A stretch of DNA of 63,995 bases, counting the filler, from Octopus bimaculoides (Eukaryota), in NCBI RefSeq assembly GCF_001194135.2. It is 6 parts of 6 records of this genome, joined end to end, with 100 filler letters (N's around TTAATTAATTAA, not from the genome) between each part and the next. Parts side by side here need not be neighbours in the genome. Positions count along the whole stretch, not along the records: positions 41,993 to 51,457 come from NC_068991.1; positions 51,558 to 58,450 come from NC_068993.1; positions 58,551 to 62,286 come from NC_068987.1; positions 62,387 to 63,995 come from NW_026305545.1; 2 more parts are not named here. One strand, written 5' to 3'. Below are positions 50,943-63,995 of this stretch, in pieces. Numbering within the stretch: the first letter of the stretch is position 1; each line of letters opens with the position of its first letter. The position numbers and the translations under genes are program-made. A model generated the notes under the pieces. The model saw only the letters and a list, made by a program, of their open reading frames with translations, searched no databases and was not told the DNA's origin.

Positions 50943-50988
<46 letters not shown>

Positions 50989-51557
50989 TAAAAGTTCATG
51001 CTTATTTATGGCAGTTCAATGCACTTTTTTGCGGTGTATCTGTGACTTTCTCTATCATTTTTCCTCGCTTTGCAGTCACAAAAGACTTTTTTCTCTCCGT
51101 CTCTCTGTCTCTCTGTCGCTTTCTGTCCCTCTACTTATCTCGGATACACGCACATACACACACACACACACACGTAAAAACACACAAACTACGCGTGTAT
51201 AAATGCGGATGATAGACACATGTTATGCTTCTTATTTTACATAAATTTTAACTTGCATAAAACGTATCGGGATAGACACTCACATAGAGTCTAACACACA
51301 CACAACGCGCATGCACGTATCCGCTTATTTATGAAATACTACGCACAAATATAAACACATGTACATACACGCTCACATACAAACACACACACACACACTC
51401 ACACACAAACACACATACACGCACACATATATATGTATGTATATATATATATATATANNNNNNNNNNNNNNNNNNNNNNNNNNNNNNNNNNNNNNNNNNN
51501 NTTAATTAATTAANNNNNNNNNNNNNNNNNNNNNNNNNNNNNNNNNNNNNNNNNNNN

Positions 51558-51623
<66 letters not shown>

Positions 51624-52774
51624 GAGACATATATATGTACATATGCACCTATATATGTAGTTGTGTATGCATATACATATTTAAGTTCGCGTGGGAAGTT
51701 ATATGTTCACATACGTATTGCCGGCTATATTTATAGGTAGGTAGCTTCATGTAAATAGTCATATATATATATATTTATATAGACAACCCACTTAGCTACA
51801 CAACGTTTGGAATAAATATATAAATAAATCTGCACAAAGTTTTATTTTGAAGTTTGATAAGTTTGTGGAGAATGTACATGCGTGTGTGTATGTGTGTGTG
51901 TATATATACATACACACATATATATATATGCATACATATACGTATAACATTATATATAAATGTATGTATATGTATGTGTATTCACAAAAATGCACGTATA
52001 TAGTTATGTATATATATATTTATACAATATCTTGTGATATTTCAAAATATCACGGAAATACTTTTTGATATTAAACTATTTGGAGAGAAACCAAAAAAAG
52101 ACTGAAAAAGAGACCAAAAATACAGTGACAAGTACTTAGTGACGATATACAAAGCAGTGAAGCCAATTTTACAATTAGTCGCTCTCAATGACTGAAATAA
52201 AAATAGCTTTTCACCGATAAGTGAACTTTGTCGGAAATTCAATCGAAAATGTCAGTAAGCTTTGTGTTATGAACCCGTTTTAGCTAATCGTACAGTTTGT
52301 GTTACTGGAAGAGAAATGGCGGACGGGGTTATCGTTAGAGTGCGTTCAATTGCAATTGGTGCAAAATCTTGTTATTGTGTTTCTTCATGTTTGTCTACAT
52401 GCATCTACATTGTACTAGTCGATGACCTCCACATAGCCATGTCATGTAATTTGTTAAAAATCACAGCCAAATCCCACCAAATTAGCAATGTATATAATCG
52501 GAAATACGGAAGATATCTTCTCGATAAACTGATCCAGCATGCCATTAAAAAACACAATATGATCGCGAATGGAAATGTAATCATAGTTGGAATTCATAAG
52601 GAACTAAATACCAACACAAATACACATACACACGCATATCTAAACATTCGCACACACACACAAATATTGATGTGTGTGTGTGTGTGTGTGAGGGAGAGAG
52701 GGAGAGAAGGTTTGTAGATAAGTGTGTATAGTAGGAACATATACATACATTGATATATCCCCCTCTCTCCCTCT

Positions 52775-52806
<32 letters not shown>

Positions 52807-52861
52807 GTCTCTGTCTGTGTCTCTCTCTCTCTTTGCCTCTGTCTCTCTCTCTCTATATATA

Positions 52862-52925
<64 letters not shown>

Positions 52926-54063
52926 TGTATATATGTGTGTGGGTGTGTGTGTGGGTGTGTGTGTGTACGTGACTGTGTAATTGTGTGTGCGCATGTAAAT
53001 GCGCTTCATTGTATACATATATATAAGTTCGTGTATGTCTATACGTATATTTAAAAATACTAACGTACAATAATATGAATTATAACGGTAAAACATTTTA
53101 AAGCTTTATAAATGAATGGCATATTTTTTTATATAATAGTTCAATAAACTTCTTATACAAGCATTTTATTTAAATAAAGGTGAATTATCGATAGAACAGG
53201 TAAGTGATGAAAGAATTAATATCGTCGTTAAAAGAGTTGTTAGCTTTGCTCAATTTCATATAATGTGGCATATTAAACTTTGAAACCTAAACGAAGGGAA
53301 AAAATATTTTGAAGAGCTAAAACCTTATTCGTTTTAAATATAGCTTATTAAAATAATAACAAGATAACAAATGAAAGAAAAACAAAATATATGTAATATA
53401 TATCGTGAATATAAAAAAAGTACCTTAACCTAAACTGAAGGAGGTTATAGAAAATTGATGTTATAAATATCTTAATGAAGAGGTTGGAGAGATAAAGATT
53501 AGAAAAAAACGTTGTAAGATCGTTATCGTGTAAATGCTTGACATTTGCTATTAAAAATTCATTATAAATCATAGAATGGAAACAATTTCAGAGAAAAGCA
53601 AGAAGTGTAGTTAAAGGGAAGGAAGTAACATTTTTGTATAATATTGTATCAAGCTTTCGTAGATGGACGAGTAAAAATATGTAAATGTCGGCGTTGGCGT
53701 TATGGAACACATATATAAGATATTATATACGTACAATATGAAAAAAAACCCAACTAATTTCTTAAATAAACTGATGAAAAGTAAACGCGAAGAAGGTATG
53801 GCACTTTTTGAGAAGTAAGCAACATATCTATCTTAACAAATTATACCAATTATTGCATTGAAAATATGTCGACATGTTGCAGTTATTGGATACTTATTGC
53901 CGTATAACCAATAATTAGATCAAAATATGATTTAAGATAAATGTATTTCTAAGAAGTGTTCAGTTTAGAAAGAAATCAAAATCAAAATGAAAATGTTACA
54001 CAGCACTTGTTAAGAAGAATAAAAAAATGCATTAGAATAATTTCAAAAATATAAATATAAGGA

Positions 54064-54119
<56 letters not shown>

Positions 54120-54857
54120 GTATACATATATATATACATATGCATAAATACATACACCCACCCACACACACACACACATCCACACACACACGCCCACCCA
54201 CACACATACACCCACACACACATATGTATATGGTAATAAATATAGCAAACAGAATGATTTAAAATAGCAATTGTAATAAATTAAAAGGCAAAAATTGGCT
54301 AAAGTTTCTTGCAGCCCTTTGAACTACACTCCTCAGACCTGTCCCTACAGATCCGCCTTGTCGCATGAGGAAAAGCTTCTTTTTGGAGCATTGAACATTT
54401 TTCGACATTCACTGTATAATAAAAGCCTAGAAGTGGGAGAAAATAACTAAACACGGAATTATATATTGGTGCAATAAGTATTCTTGCTTGTAGGAAAAGA
54501 CTGCTTAACGTAGTTGAAATTAATGGTGTGATCCCTCAGTTAAAAATTATACAGAAAACTTATTCGAGAAAATTTTAAATTTTCCTCATTTTTAAGAAAA
54601 CGGTTTTTCGTATCAGAATGAGTTCTCTAGGATAAACATTTTTGAAGAATATAATTTGACAAGAAAGTTATAGTCAAGAAAAACATTCGATATTCCACAT
54701 TAAACAAATATATTATTTAAATATCATTGAATTATGGTACATAAGAGTCGAAAAATTTAATATTGCTCCTAAAAGGCATGATAATTGTGTCTTCTTTATA
54801 AAACGTGACGTTTAAACTTATGTAATAAATAAAGCATTAAACAAAGCAAGCGTTACA

Positions 54858-55553
54858 TTTCTTCTTCTTCTCCTTCTTCTTCTTCTTCTTCTCCTTCTTC
54901 TTCTTCTTCTCCTTCTTCTTCTTCTCCTTCTTCTTCTTCTTCTCCTTCTTCTTCTTCTTCTCCTTCTTCTTCTTCTTCTTCTCCTTCTTCTTCTTCTTCT
55001 CCTTCTTCTTCTTCTTCTTCTTCTCCTTCTTCTTCTTCTTCTCCTTCTTCTTCTTCTCCTTCTTCTTCTTCTTCTCCTTCTTCTTNNNNNNNNNNNNNNN
55101 NNNNNNNNNNNNNNNNNNNNNNNNNNNNNNNNNNNNNNNNNNNNNNNNNNNNNNNNNNNNNNNNNNNNNNNNNNNNNNNNNNNNNNNNNNNNNNNNNNNN
55201 NNNNNNNNNNNNNNNNNNNNNNNNNNNNNNNNNNNNNNNNNNNNNNNNNNNNNNNNNNNNNNNNNNNNNNNNNNNNNNNNNNNNNNNNNNNNNNNNNNNN
55301 NNNNNNNNNNNNNNNNNNNNNNNNNNNNNNNNNNNNNNNNNNNNNNNNNNNNNNNNNNNNNNNNNNNNNNNNNNNNNNNNNNNNNNNNNNNNNNNNNNNN
55401 NNNNNNNNNNNNNNNNNNNNNNNTCTTCTTCTTCTTCTTCTTCTTCTTCTTCTTCTTCTTCTTCTTCTTCTTCTTCTTCTCCTTCTTCTTCTTCTTCTTC
55501 TTCTTCTTCTCCTTCTTCTTCTTCTTCTCCTTCTTCTTCTTCTTCTTCTTCTT
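54858..55553 (+). repeat. Long (TTC/TCC)n microsatellite spanning a gap
   Basis: Direct reading. Confidence 0.95.
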
Positions 55554-56487
55554 GTTATCGTCATTATTATTATTACCATTATAAAGTCGGTGAGCTGGCA
55601 TAATTCTTAGTTAACCACTTTCTTATAAACAGTTGCACAATATTTCGTATGAACTGTTTATAAACTAAAATTTCTAAAAAAGTTTGCACTCAAAGAAAAT
55701 GGCTCCCACTTATAATTCCCTTAGTGCTAAATGCGGTGGAGAGTATCAGCAGTGGACGAGACAAAGAGACTTTACTTAATCGTTCAGAAGATTGAGGAAT
55801 CTTGAACGTCTAGCTATTATCTGGAAGGGTCAGGAAAATGACCAAGACTCGATATAAAACAGAAACGTCCACTTAAGATACAAATTATTATTGTCAATAG
55901 AAAATTATATTTCCAGAAAACTGGAAAAAGTGTTTTATGGTATCACATGTGTCAATGCTTAACTGGACTGATTGAATGGGAAATAATACTTTTAGTTTTT
56001 ACAACTAACAAACCTTATGGGCAGACATTTCTGACAATAAAACAACGTATATTTTTTTTTACTGCCGAACATTAACAATAGATTAATGTTACATTTGAAT
56101 ATTTGCCAATTGACATATATCATAGCTTCCTGGCTGCAGAGAGTCTTGGAAAGATTTTCCATTTCCAGCTAAATCGGAAGTTCATGTAGCATAGTAAAAA
56201 TTATAAAAAAAAGAAAAATTAATTCTTTCGAATGATTATTAATGTCCAAAGTGACAGCATCTATTGATCGAAATATAAACTGCATATCGCAAAGTGCATG
56301 TTGTCTCATTACTTACCTACTCTAGCTCTTCTCTGAAATTTTACCGGTTTCTCTGTCTGTCTGTCTGTCTGTCTGACTTTATCTACTCAACACCACATAT
56401 ATATCACACACTGACACACATATATGTATGTATGTACATACATACATACACATTATTTCTACAAAGACTTCTTTATATATATACATG

Positions 56488-56575
<88 letters not shown>

Positions 56576-57765
56576 TATATAACTACTCAGATACTTATAC
56601 ATGTCTGTATGTCCTGAATATAAAAGTGGACATTGGAAAAAATAGTTAGAAACGGAAGACGTTTATAACATTGACAAGACAGGCGAAGTGCCATATCGTT
56701 GCTAGGAAGATGCACGATATTGCTTATCTCTTTATTAGAAAATTGTGGTGCAAGCAATAGCTACACCTCAAATCTTAAATATAAGATTTTTACTATAGAC
56801 AAACATACATACAAACATACACACACGTACGCATGTAGCACACACACACACACACGCGGAATAGAATTCACGAGACACTTTATTATTTGTAGATTTGTAG
56901 GAGAAAGAAAAAAACTTCAGCAAACTAGGAATCCTGCAGTCTTTTGATGGTGAATTTCGTAGAAATAATCTTACGCTCTATGTATGGAGACATCATCTGA
57001 GAGGTATTCTATAAAAATTTGAAAGCAAGTATGTATATATTATGTAGCGTAGTTTTAAACTTTAATTAAATGATTTGAAATAATACATAAAACATGGAAT
57101 TTAAAATCGTTCTAACGATGTTGTTTGTGAAAAGGTTTTAAATAAAGAAAAATTCTCAATCTATTGACCGAATTATCTCTTTTTCAAAATCTAGTTTGTA
57201 TTCATTAGCAGTAAATCGTAGTGAAAGTTGTTTCTCAATTCGGTGAGAAATCCTAGTTTATCTTTGTCTGCTACAGATCTTAGTTTTGTGTTGTAGCAGA
57301 AAGATTAAGGAAAGATAAATGCCGCCAGCAAGAGATTAATTTGTGTGGTTTCCTAATTAGATGCTTCAATGTACTCCACAAACATCAGAGTTGTATTTCT
57401 TTCCGTAAAAATATTATCTCTAGAAACTCATCTTAAGTTTGCAAATAACTCCGACTTTAATTTTAGTGCTTATATTTGTAAACTGATATCAGTAATAGAA
57501 ATGACAATATCACGCCATTAACACTAGTTTTCCTATCCACTAAGAATCACCCCCAATTCGTAAAACAACAGAAGGATCAACTGGTTTGAATGCATGGTGT
57601 TACAATTGGGGTTTCCTTTAGTTATATCGCTTCAACATTTCCACAGATATAGGGTCTGGTTATACAGAAGACTAATACAATTAGAGGAAAATATAATTCG
57701 ATGGTACATTTCAATAAGACAGTAGAAACAGACGTACGCATACAGACACACATGCGCCAGTGTAA

Positions 57766-57796
<31 letters not shown>

Positions 57797-58134
57797 TCAT
57801 GTAATATCAAAGTTGACACTGCGCTCTGAGAATTAATTCTCAGTCGTTCAATTCACGAGGAGTGAAACGAAGCCATTTAAAAGTGAAATTAAAAGGAGAC
57901 TGTCAACTTTGATACACACATCGATTATCTGGGTAAACTTGGATTTTCAGAAAAAAAAAATCAACCAGTTTGTGACATGCAAATACCAAATAAAATTTGT
58001 AAGTAGAACACTAAAAATATTCGAGACTTTTCTCAAGTTTAAAATATGGCCATATTTTCGTTATCTCCATTCCAACGATGAAGCTACTGCTGCAGATGGA
58101 GAATTTAATTAATAAAAAAAGGAAAAGAACATAC

Positions 58135-58295
58135 ATATATACATACATACAAATTATTGAGGTATTGGGATATGTAACACACTGCTTAAATACCAATCTT
58201 GAGGAATTAGGCTTCTCAAAACCAGAAAGGAGGAAGCTGATTCGAAGACTACAGATTCAAGCCATCAGTGCAACCGTAAACATCTATGCATGAGA
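58135..58295 (+). mobile_element. RLE-type non-LTR C-terminal fragment
   Basis: IQIIEVLGYVTHCLNTNLEELGFSKPERRKLIRRLQIQAISATVNI resembles the IP(I/V)IIGALG tail of RLE LINEs. Second copy at 32040-32125. Confidence 0.6.
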
Positions 58296-58404
58296 ATACA
58301 CACATAAAAACAAAATATACAAATCTGCACATATATACACCTATATACATACAAAAATACCCTGTTGATGCTGTGGGAATTCCAATGAACGAGCACTGAA
58401 TAAT

Positions 58405-58450
<46 letters not shown>

Positions 58451-59443
58451 NNNNNNNNNNNNNNNNNNNNNNNNNNNNNNNNNNNNNNNNNNNNTTAATT
58501 AATTAANNNNNNNNNNNNNNNNNNNNNNNNNNNNNNNNNNNNNNNNNNNNGTAAATATGTTTGTATACATTTATGTATGAGTGTGTTTGTAAGAGACGGA
58601 GTGTGAGTGAGAGAAAGAGGTTTGTTGTCATGTATACGTACATGCATAAATATACATACATCTTTAGATGTATGCATATGACAACACGGCCCTTGACTCA
58701 CTCACACTCTGTCTCTTACAAACACGCACGCGCGCGCATACACACGTGTGTCTTTGTAAATATGTTTGTATACATTTATGTATGTGTGTGTTTGTAAGAG
58801 ACAGAGTGTCAGTGAGTTAAGGGGTGTGTGTGTGCGTGGGTATGTGTGAGACAGAGTGAGAGTGCGGTGTGTATGTAGTATTTACACTCTGTCTCTCATA
58901 CACACTCACACACAAAATAGAGAGTGAAGCTTTTTGCCGTTGTTACGTCAATACCGGAAGTTGACATTGAGGAACCTTTTTAAAGAAGTGAATCTTAAAT
59001 ATAAAGCAATATTATTTATTTTTAATTAAAAGAATCAAATGAAGAGCCTAACATTTATCGGAGGTCAAATTATTCATGCATCACAAGTATGGAAGCATTT
59101 GGTGAAATCGATTTCACGTGAAAAGCGATNNNNNNNNNNNNNNNNNNNNNNNNNNNNNNNNNNNNNNNNNNNNNNNNNNNNNNNNNNNNNNNNNNNNNNN
59201 NNNNNNNNNNNNNNNNNNNNNNNNNNNNNNNNNNNNNNNNNNNNNNNNNNNNNNNNNNNNNNNNNNNNNNNNNNNNNNNNNNNNNNNNNNNNNNNNNNNN
59301 NNNNNNNNNNNNNNNNNNNNNNNNNNNNNNNNNNNNNNNNNNNNNNNNNNNNNNNNNNNNNNNNNNNNNNNNNNNNNNNNNNNNNNNNNNNNNNNNNNNN
59401 NNNNNNNNNNNNNNNNNNNNNNNNNNNNNNNNNNNNNNNNNNN

Positions 59444-59481
<38 letters not shown>

Positions 59482-61396
59482 ATTCTCATGCCACATGTTT
59501 CTCTGAGTGAAATGTTCATTGATATGTATGATCACGTGAGGCATTTGTCATTTGTGCTACGATGAGAATCGTATGCGTTGCTGTGAACATACACCTTATA
59601 TAAACGGCCATACACTCACATATTCTATACCATTTTACTCATAATTTACTCTAAATTCTATCATTCTTGCTGTGATCTCCTGTCACTCTCTATCACTCCC
59701 TCTCACGTGTTCATGAAATTCCGTTCATTTCGTTGGTTCTTATTTGCTCCTTGTCTATCACTTTGCTCAGATTGTGTCAGCTTAAATAACACACTTATCC
59801 CTGCTATCTCGTCACATATATCGCGCTGAAGTGGCTTGTGAACAATTACTGGCTTTTCAAGTACTGATCACCTCACCTGCTACGCCCTTTTCACAATCAT
59901 CTGATGTTTACAAAAGAGGAAACAATTAGCTAATATTATTCTTTTTCTTCTTCTTCCGGCATATATTGACAATATTACATATGTCATCGGGAAAAATGAC
60001 AAGGAAATATCACAACAATGAAAATGAAACATGCGTGGCTATGATTGTGTATGGCATTCTATGTGTTTTAAATTCGTGTGTGTGTATGTGTCTGTGCTTG
60101 TGTCTGTGCGTGTGTGTGCGTGCGTATTTCTTTTTTATTTATTTAGAATTAAGAAATGGGTAGAGTATAGAAGATGCTGTAGCTAAACAAGAGAATGTAT
60201 GAGTTTGTGTGTGAATGATTCTATGAGTGGATGCTTAAGGGAAAGTGTGAATAGCTGAGTGTGCAAGCAAAGTGTCTGAGACAAACAAGACAACTTTATA
60301 ATGAGAAGATATTAAACAGATGTGGAATGTTCACTGCTAATTGCAATGCAAAATAGAAGGAATGATGTCAAATAGTGATATCAAGTGAAAAAGAAACAAG
60401 GTACATTGAAATTTAATGCAGGTATGTGGACACACATATACAGGCATACACATATACATACATAAATACATACATACATACATACATACATAATATGATA
60501 TGAAATGGTATGTATACATATTATATTAGATTTCATATATATCTATACATAAACATATAGACACATTTAAAGATAATCAGATGATGATTTACACGGTCAT
60601 TACTGAAATTTTCAAAGTCAGGAAGGCACGTGTCTAATAGATCATATGTCTATTATATAGCAAATATCTGAACGTGTAGATTCGATCAGAGGCTGACAAG
60701 AGTTTCAGAAGGAAAATCTTTGCAATTGACTGACTTATGTTACTACACAGTCAAGAAACACTGAATATAGTCTGCATTGTACATTGAATAGTTTTGTGTA
60801 TCTACCAATTTATGATTGAATGTGTGTATGTTTATATACATACATAGACACGCGCGCGCGCATATATATACATATATTTATATATATATATATATATATA
60901 TGCACACAAACACACACACAGAGTTGTAGGTAGGTAGGTAGGTAGGTAGGTAAAGTAAAGACTCATGACCATAATGTGGATTCAAATACACCACCCTTCA
61001 TTTCCCGTTTCTCAAGCCTATTCAGAAGGAAAGGAAAACCAGCCGAGTACTGGTGCACTTCAATTTCTTGTCCCAAATTAATATGTTGTTATGTATATGG
61101 ATATATTTATATGTTAACTTCTCCCATAGAGATTTTATTCTCTTCGCACACTGACATAAACGTATAATCTAAATATAAAACGAACGAAAAACATAATCTT
61201 TCAATTACTTGACAAACCTAAATCAAAATATGCGCACGGATTCACATTTTTCCTGTTCCTTCTGTCCATAAACCGCTTATGTTATCCTAACCTAAAAAAT
61301 ACAACAGTTTCTTCGTTTCAAATACAGTTGTGATCAACCACCTGTTCGATAAACTCGAGTAGACTGTCATGTGTAGATATTAGAGTCATATATTTT

Positions 61397-62045
61397 CAGG
61401 CGGCGAGCTGGTAGAATCGTTAGCACGTTGGACTAAATGCTGCAACGCATTTCCTCAACTTTCACGTTCTGAATTCAAATTTCGTAGAAGATGATTTGGC
61501 CCTTCATCTTTTCGTGGTCGTTAAAATAAGTACCAGTTGAATACTGGTGTCGATGTAATCGACATACCGCATTCTCCCCAATAGCTATACCCTTGCCAGT
61601 ATTTGAAATCATATTTAAGCCGATGAGTCAACAAAATCGGCAGTATCAGCAGTACGCTGCAAAAGATGTTTGGTCGCATTTTATGTCCGTCAATACGCTC
61701 AGTTCAAATCCTACGGAGATCGACTTTTCATTTCACCCTTTTCGGAGTCAATAGAATAAGTACCCATCAGGTACTAGTGTTGATGTAATCAATTAAAGTC
61801 ATCTGCCTGCAGCAGAAAAAGATATTAGTTTCAAATTTTGGCACCTGGTCAGCAATGTTTGGGAAAGGGATCAGTGGATTACATTACATCAACCCTAGTA
61901 CAAAAGTGATATTTATTTTATCGATGTCGAAAGGGTGAAAGGCAAAATTGACCTCCGTAATATTTGGACTCGGACTGTGAAGTCGTATGAATAGACGCTA
62001 AGCATTTTGTCCACTGAACAAACGATTCTGGAAGGTTACCGCCGT
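61397..62045. mobile_element. SINE family B: two plus copies and one minus copy
   Basis: aggcggcgagctggtagaatcgttagc at 61397; the reverse-complement copy ends ...aacgattctgg at ~62030. Confidence 0.8.
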
Positions 62046-62189
62046 ATAGTAGAAAGAATATTAGAAGCATATTTGTATATTCAATCTCACTTACTTGGTT
62101 CTGCATAGGAGAATATATACACTATATATTATATACATTTATATGCATTTTTACATCCCTTACATGATTAGCTGTTTTATGTGTGCATA

Positions 62190-62286
62190 TCATCATCATC
62201 ATCATCATCATCGTTTAACGTCCGCTTTCCATGCTAGCATGGGTTGGACGATTTGACTGAGTACTGGTGAAACCGGATGGCAACAC
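62190..62286 (-). mobile_element. Young RTE-type 3' tail, running into a gap
   Basis: (cat)n-cgtttaacgtccgctttccatgctagcatgggttggacg, near-identical to the reverse complement of 25790-25880. Confidence 0.85.
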
Positions 62287-62574
62287 NNNNNNNNNNNNNN
62301 NNNNNNNNNNNNNNNNNNNNNNNNNNNNNNTTAATTAATTAANNNNNNNNNNNNNNNNNNNNNNNNNNNNNNNNNNNNNNNNNNNNCAGTGATGATACCA
62401 CGGCCAACATGACCACCACCACAACAACTACCATCACGCCACTACTTCAACCATCGTAACTACCACCACCACCACCACCAATCTCACTATCACTATCACA
62501 ACCTTTTTGCTATTTCCAGCAAAAATTGGTACCTTGTGCCACTGTTTCCTATTTATAATTCTACCTTTATGGTG

Positions 62575-62618
<44 letters not shown>

Positions 62619-62767
62619 ATCTACCTGTCTATCTTGAAAGCCATATACATACGTGTGTGTGTGAGTGTCTGTCTGTGTGTATAAATATATGTATTTATGT
62701 ATGTGTGTATGGGGGTGTGTTGTTACGTTTCCTTCTTTCTATTCTCTTCCATTTCTCTTTATTACAG

Positions 62768-63995
62768 GTCAGCCCAACCTCAACCAGCGACGTTCTCAGT
62801 AACAAAAAACTCTACCCGAACTTCATGAGGGTAGTTCCAGCCGACAGATACCAAGTGGAAGCCATCACCGTTATTCTGGAATTCTTCAAATGGTCCTACG
62901 TGTCTATAGTATTCACAGACAGCAGCTACGGGCGCGACGGAGTAAAACGTCTCAGATCTGTGCTCGGCCAGAAGGGTATTTGCATTTCAAAGACCCTGGA
63001 AATCGGATATGAGTGCACCCCTGAAAACATGCGCAAGACTCTGGCCAAACTTCAGGGTCATAAATCTCCAAAGGTCGTTGTCCTCTACATAGAAATAGTC
63101 GACGTTGAATTGATTTTGCGAATGGTGAAAAGCATGGGGATTGAACGCGATTTCATGTGGGTTGCTAGTGATTCCTTTAGTCTTGGTCTGCCCTACGACC
63201 TGCGCCACATGGTGGTCGGTTCATTGACTGTCAGACCGTATTCAAAACTGGTTGGTGAGTTTGAAGAACGTATGAAACTTCGCTTCCCGTCATCGAAGAA
63301 AACTAACGCGTTTGGAATGCCTTCGACGACCACAACGTCAAAGAACGTATCGATGGATGACGAGTTTAATATGTACGTACCGGCCGGTTTTTATATCGAT
63401 GCTGTCAATGCCTTGGCCACCGGCGCCGACCTGTTGATTAAAGAACGATGTCCACGCTCGACAAGCAGCGAAGAACTGCGCAAATGTGTCAACCCCGTAG
63501 AGCTGTGCAAGAGAATGAGGAATCTCACTTTTAACGGGTCGTACGGCGAGATCTCGTTCGATCAGAACGGCGACGTGGTAGGTATGTATGAGATTATTCA
63601 ATACCAGTATGACGACAACGACCAGGTTAACTACGTGCCGGTCGGTTCCTGGGACATGCGCACAAATCGCCTGAGGATCGACGAAGACCAACTCCGTTGG
63701 CCGCCGACAACAGCGACGTCGGATGGAAACTTCTCTCGGACGCCCCCAGTTTTGAAATGCGGCGATCGCTGTCCAGCCGGTTCCATATATTACTTTCCAA
63801 AAGAGACCTGTTGTTGGGAATGCCGCAAATGTAAAAATAACGAAATCACAGACGAAAACTTGTCCATTTGTAAAATCTGCCCCGAGTTTTATTGGCCTGT
63901 AGACGAGCAGCAGAAGGCCTGTGAGAAAATACCGCCTCACTTCATTCAAATCAGCGACAAGACGGCCATTATCGTCTGCTCGGTGGCTTCAATCG
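62768..63995 (+). CDS. Class C GPCR (metabotropic glutamate receptor-like) large internal exon: Venus-flytrap, nine-cysteine domain and start of TM1; open to window end
   Basis: Acceptor ttctctttattacag, then 409 open codons. Motifs: VSPTSTSDVLSNKKLYPNFMRVVPAD, FKWSYVSIVFTDSSYG, WVASDSF, FYIDAVNALA, FDQNGD, CGDRCPAG...CCWECRKC...ICKICPEFYWP...ACEKIP, and KTAIIVCSVASI (TM1). Confidence 0.96.

Noticed and set aside
54320-54420. Open frame PLNYTPQTCPYRSALSHEEKLLFGAL as an exon
   Set aside because: Weak donor; an alternative frame (HSSDLSL) suggests a decayed mariner YSPDL remnant.
59713-59829. MKFRSFRWFLFAPCLSLCSDC... as the GPCR signal-peptide exon, with an upstream tatataaa
   Set aside because: Stops after 38 codons, has no convincing donor and no class C N-terminal motifs.
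63338-63949. 203-aa minus-strand ORF
   Set aside because: Antisense shadow of the GPCR exon.

Overview
Repeat-rich, AT-rich eukaryotic draft-assembly window with many N gaps. The tRNA-derived SINE families, RTE LINE and microsatellite load point to an octopus genome (inference). Two genes are well supported, and the ORF track misses or only fragments both. (1) A minus-strand trypsin-family (S1) serine protease has four splice-consistent exons (37723-37933, 34777-34910, 32639-32788, 29613-29773). It has an RKKR/VIGG activation site, His57 and Asp102, but the catalytic-Ser exon is not visible. (2) A plus-strand class C GPCR (mGluR/CaSR-like) has one exon of at least 1228 nt from 62768 to the window end, encoding the Venus-flytrap, nine-Cys domain and start of TM1, with an altered ligand pocket. 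The left ~25.5 kb is strongly CpG-depleted, probably a methylated gene body, and holds candidate small exons of an unidentified gene. One of these candidate exons contains an in-frame TGA. The rest is decayed Tc1/mariner elements, MITEs, RTE fragments (with a PHD finger inside the RT and one twin-priming-like inversion), Penelope and RLE-LINE remnants, dozens of modular SINEs and microsatellites. Most ORF-track entries are microsatellite or gap artefacts.
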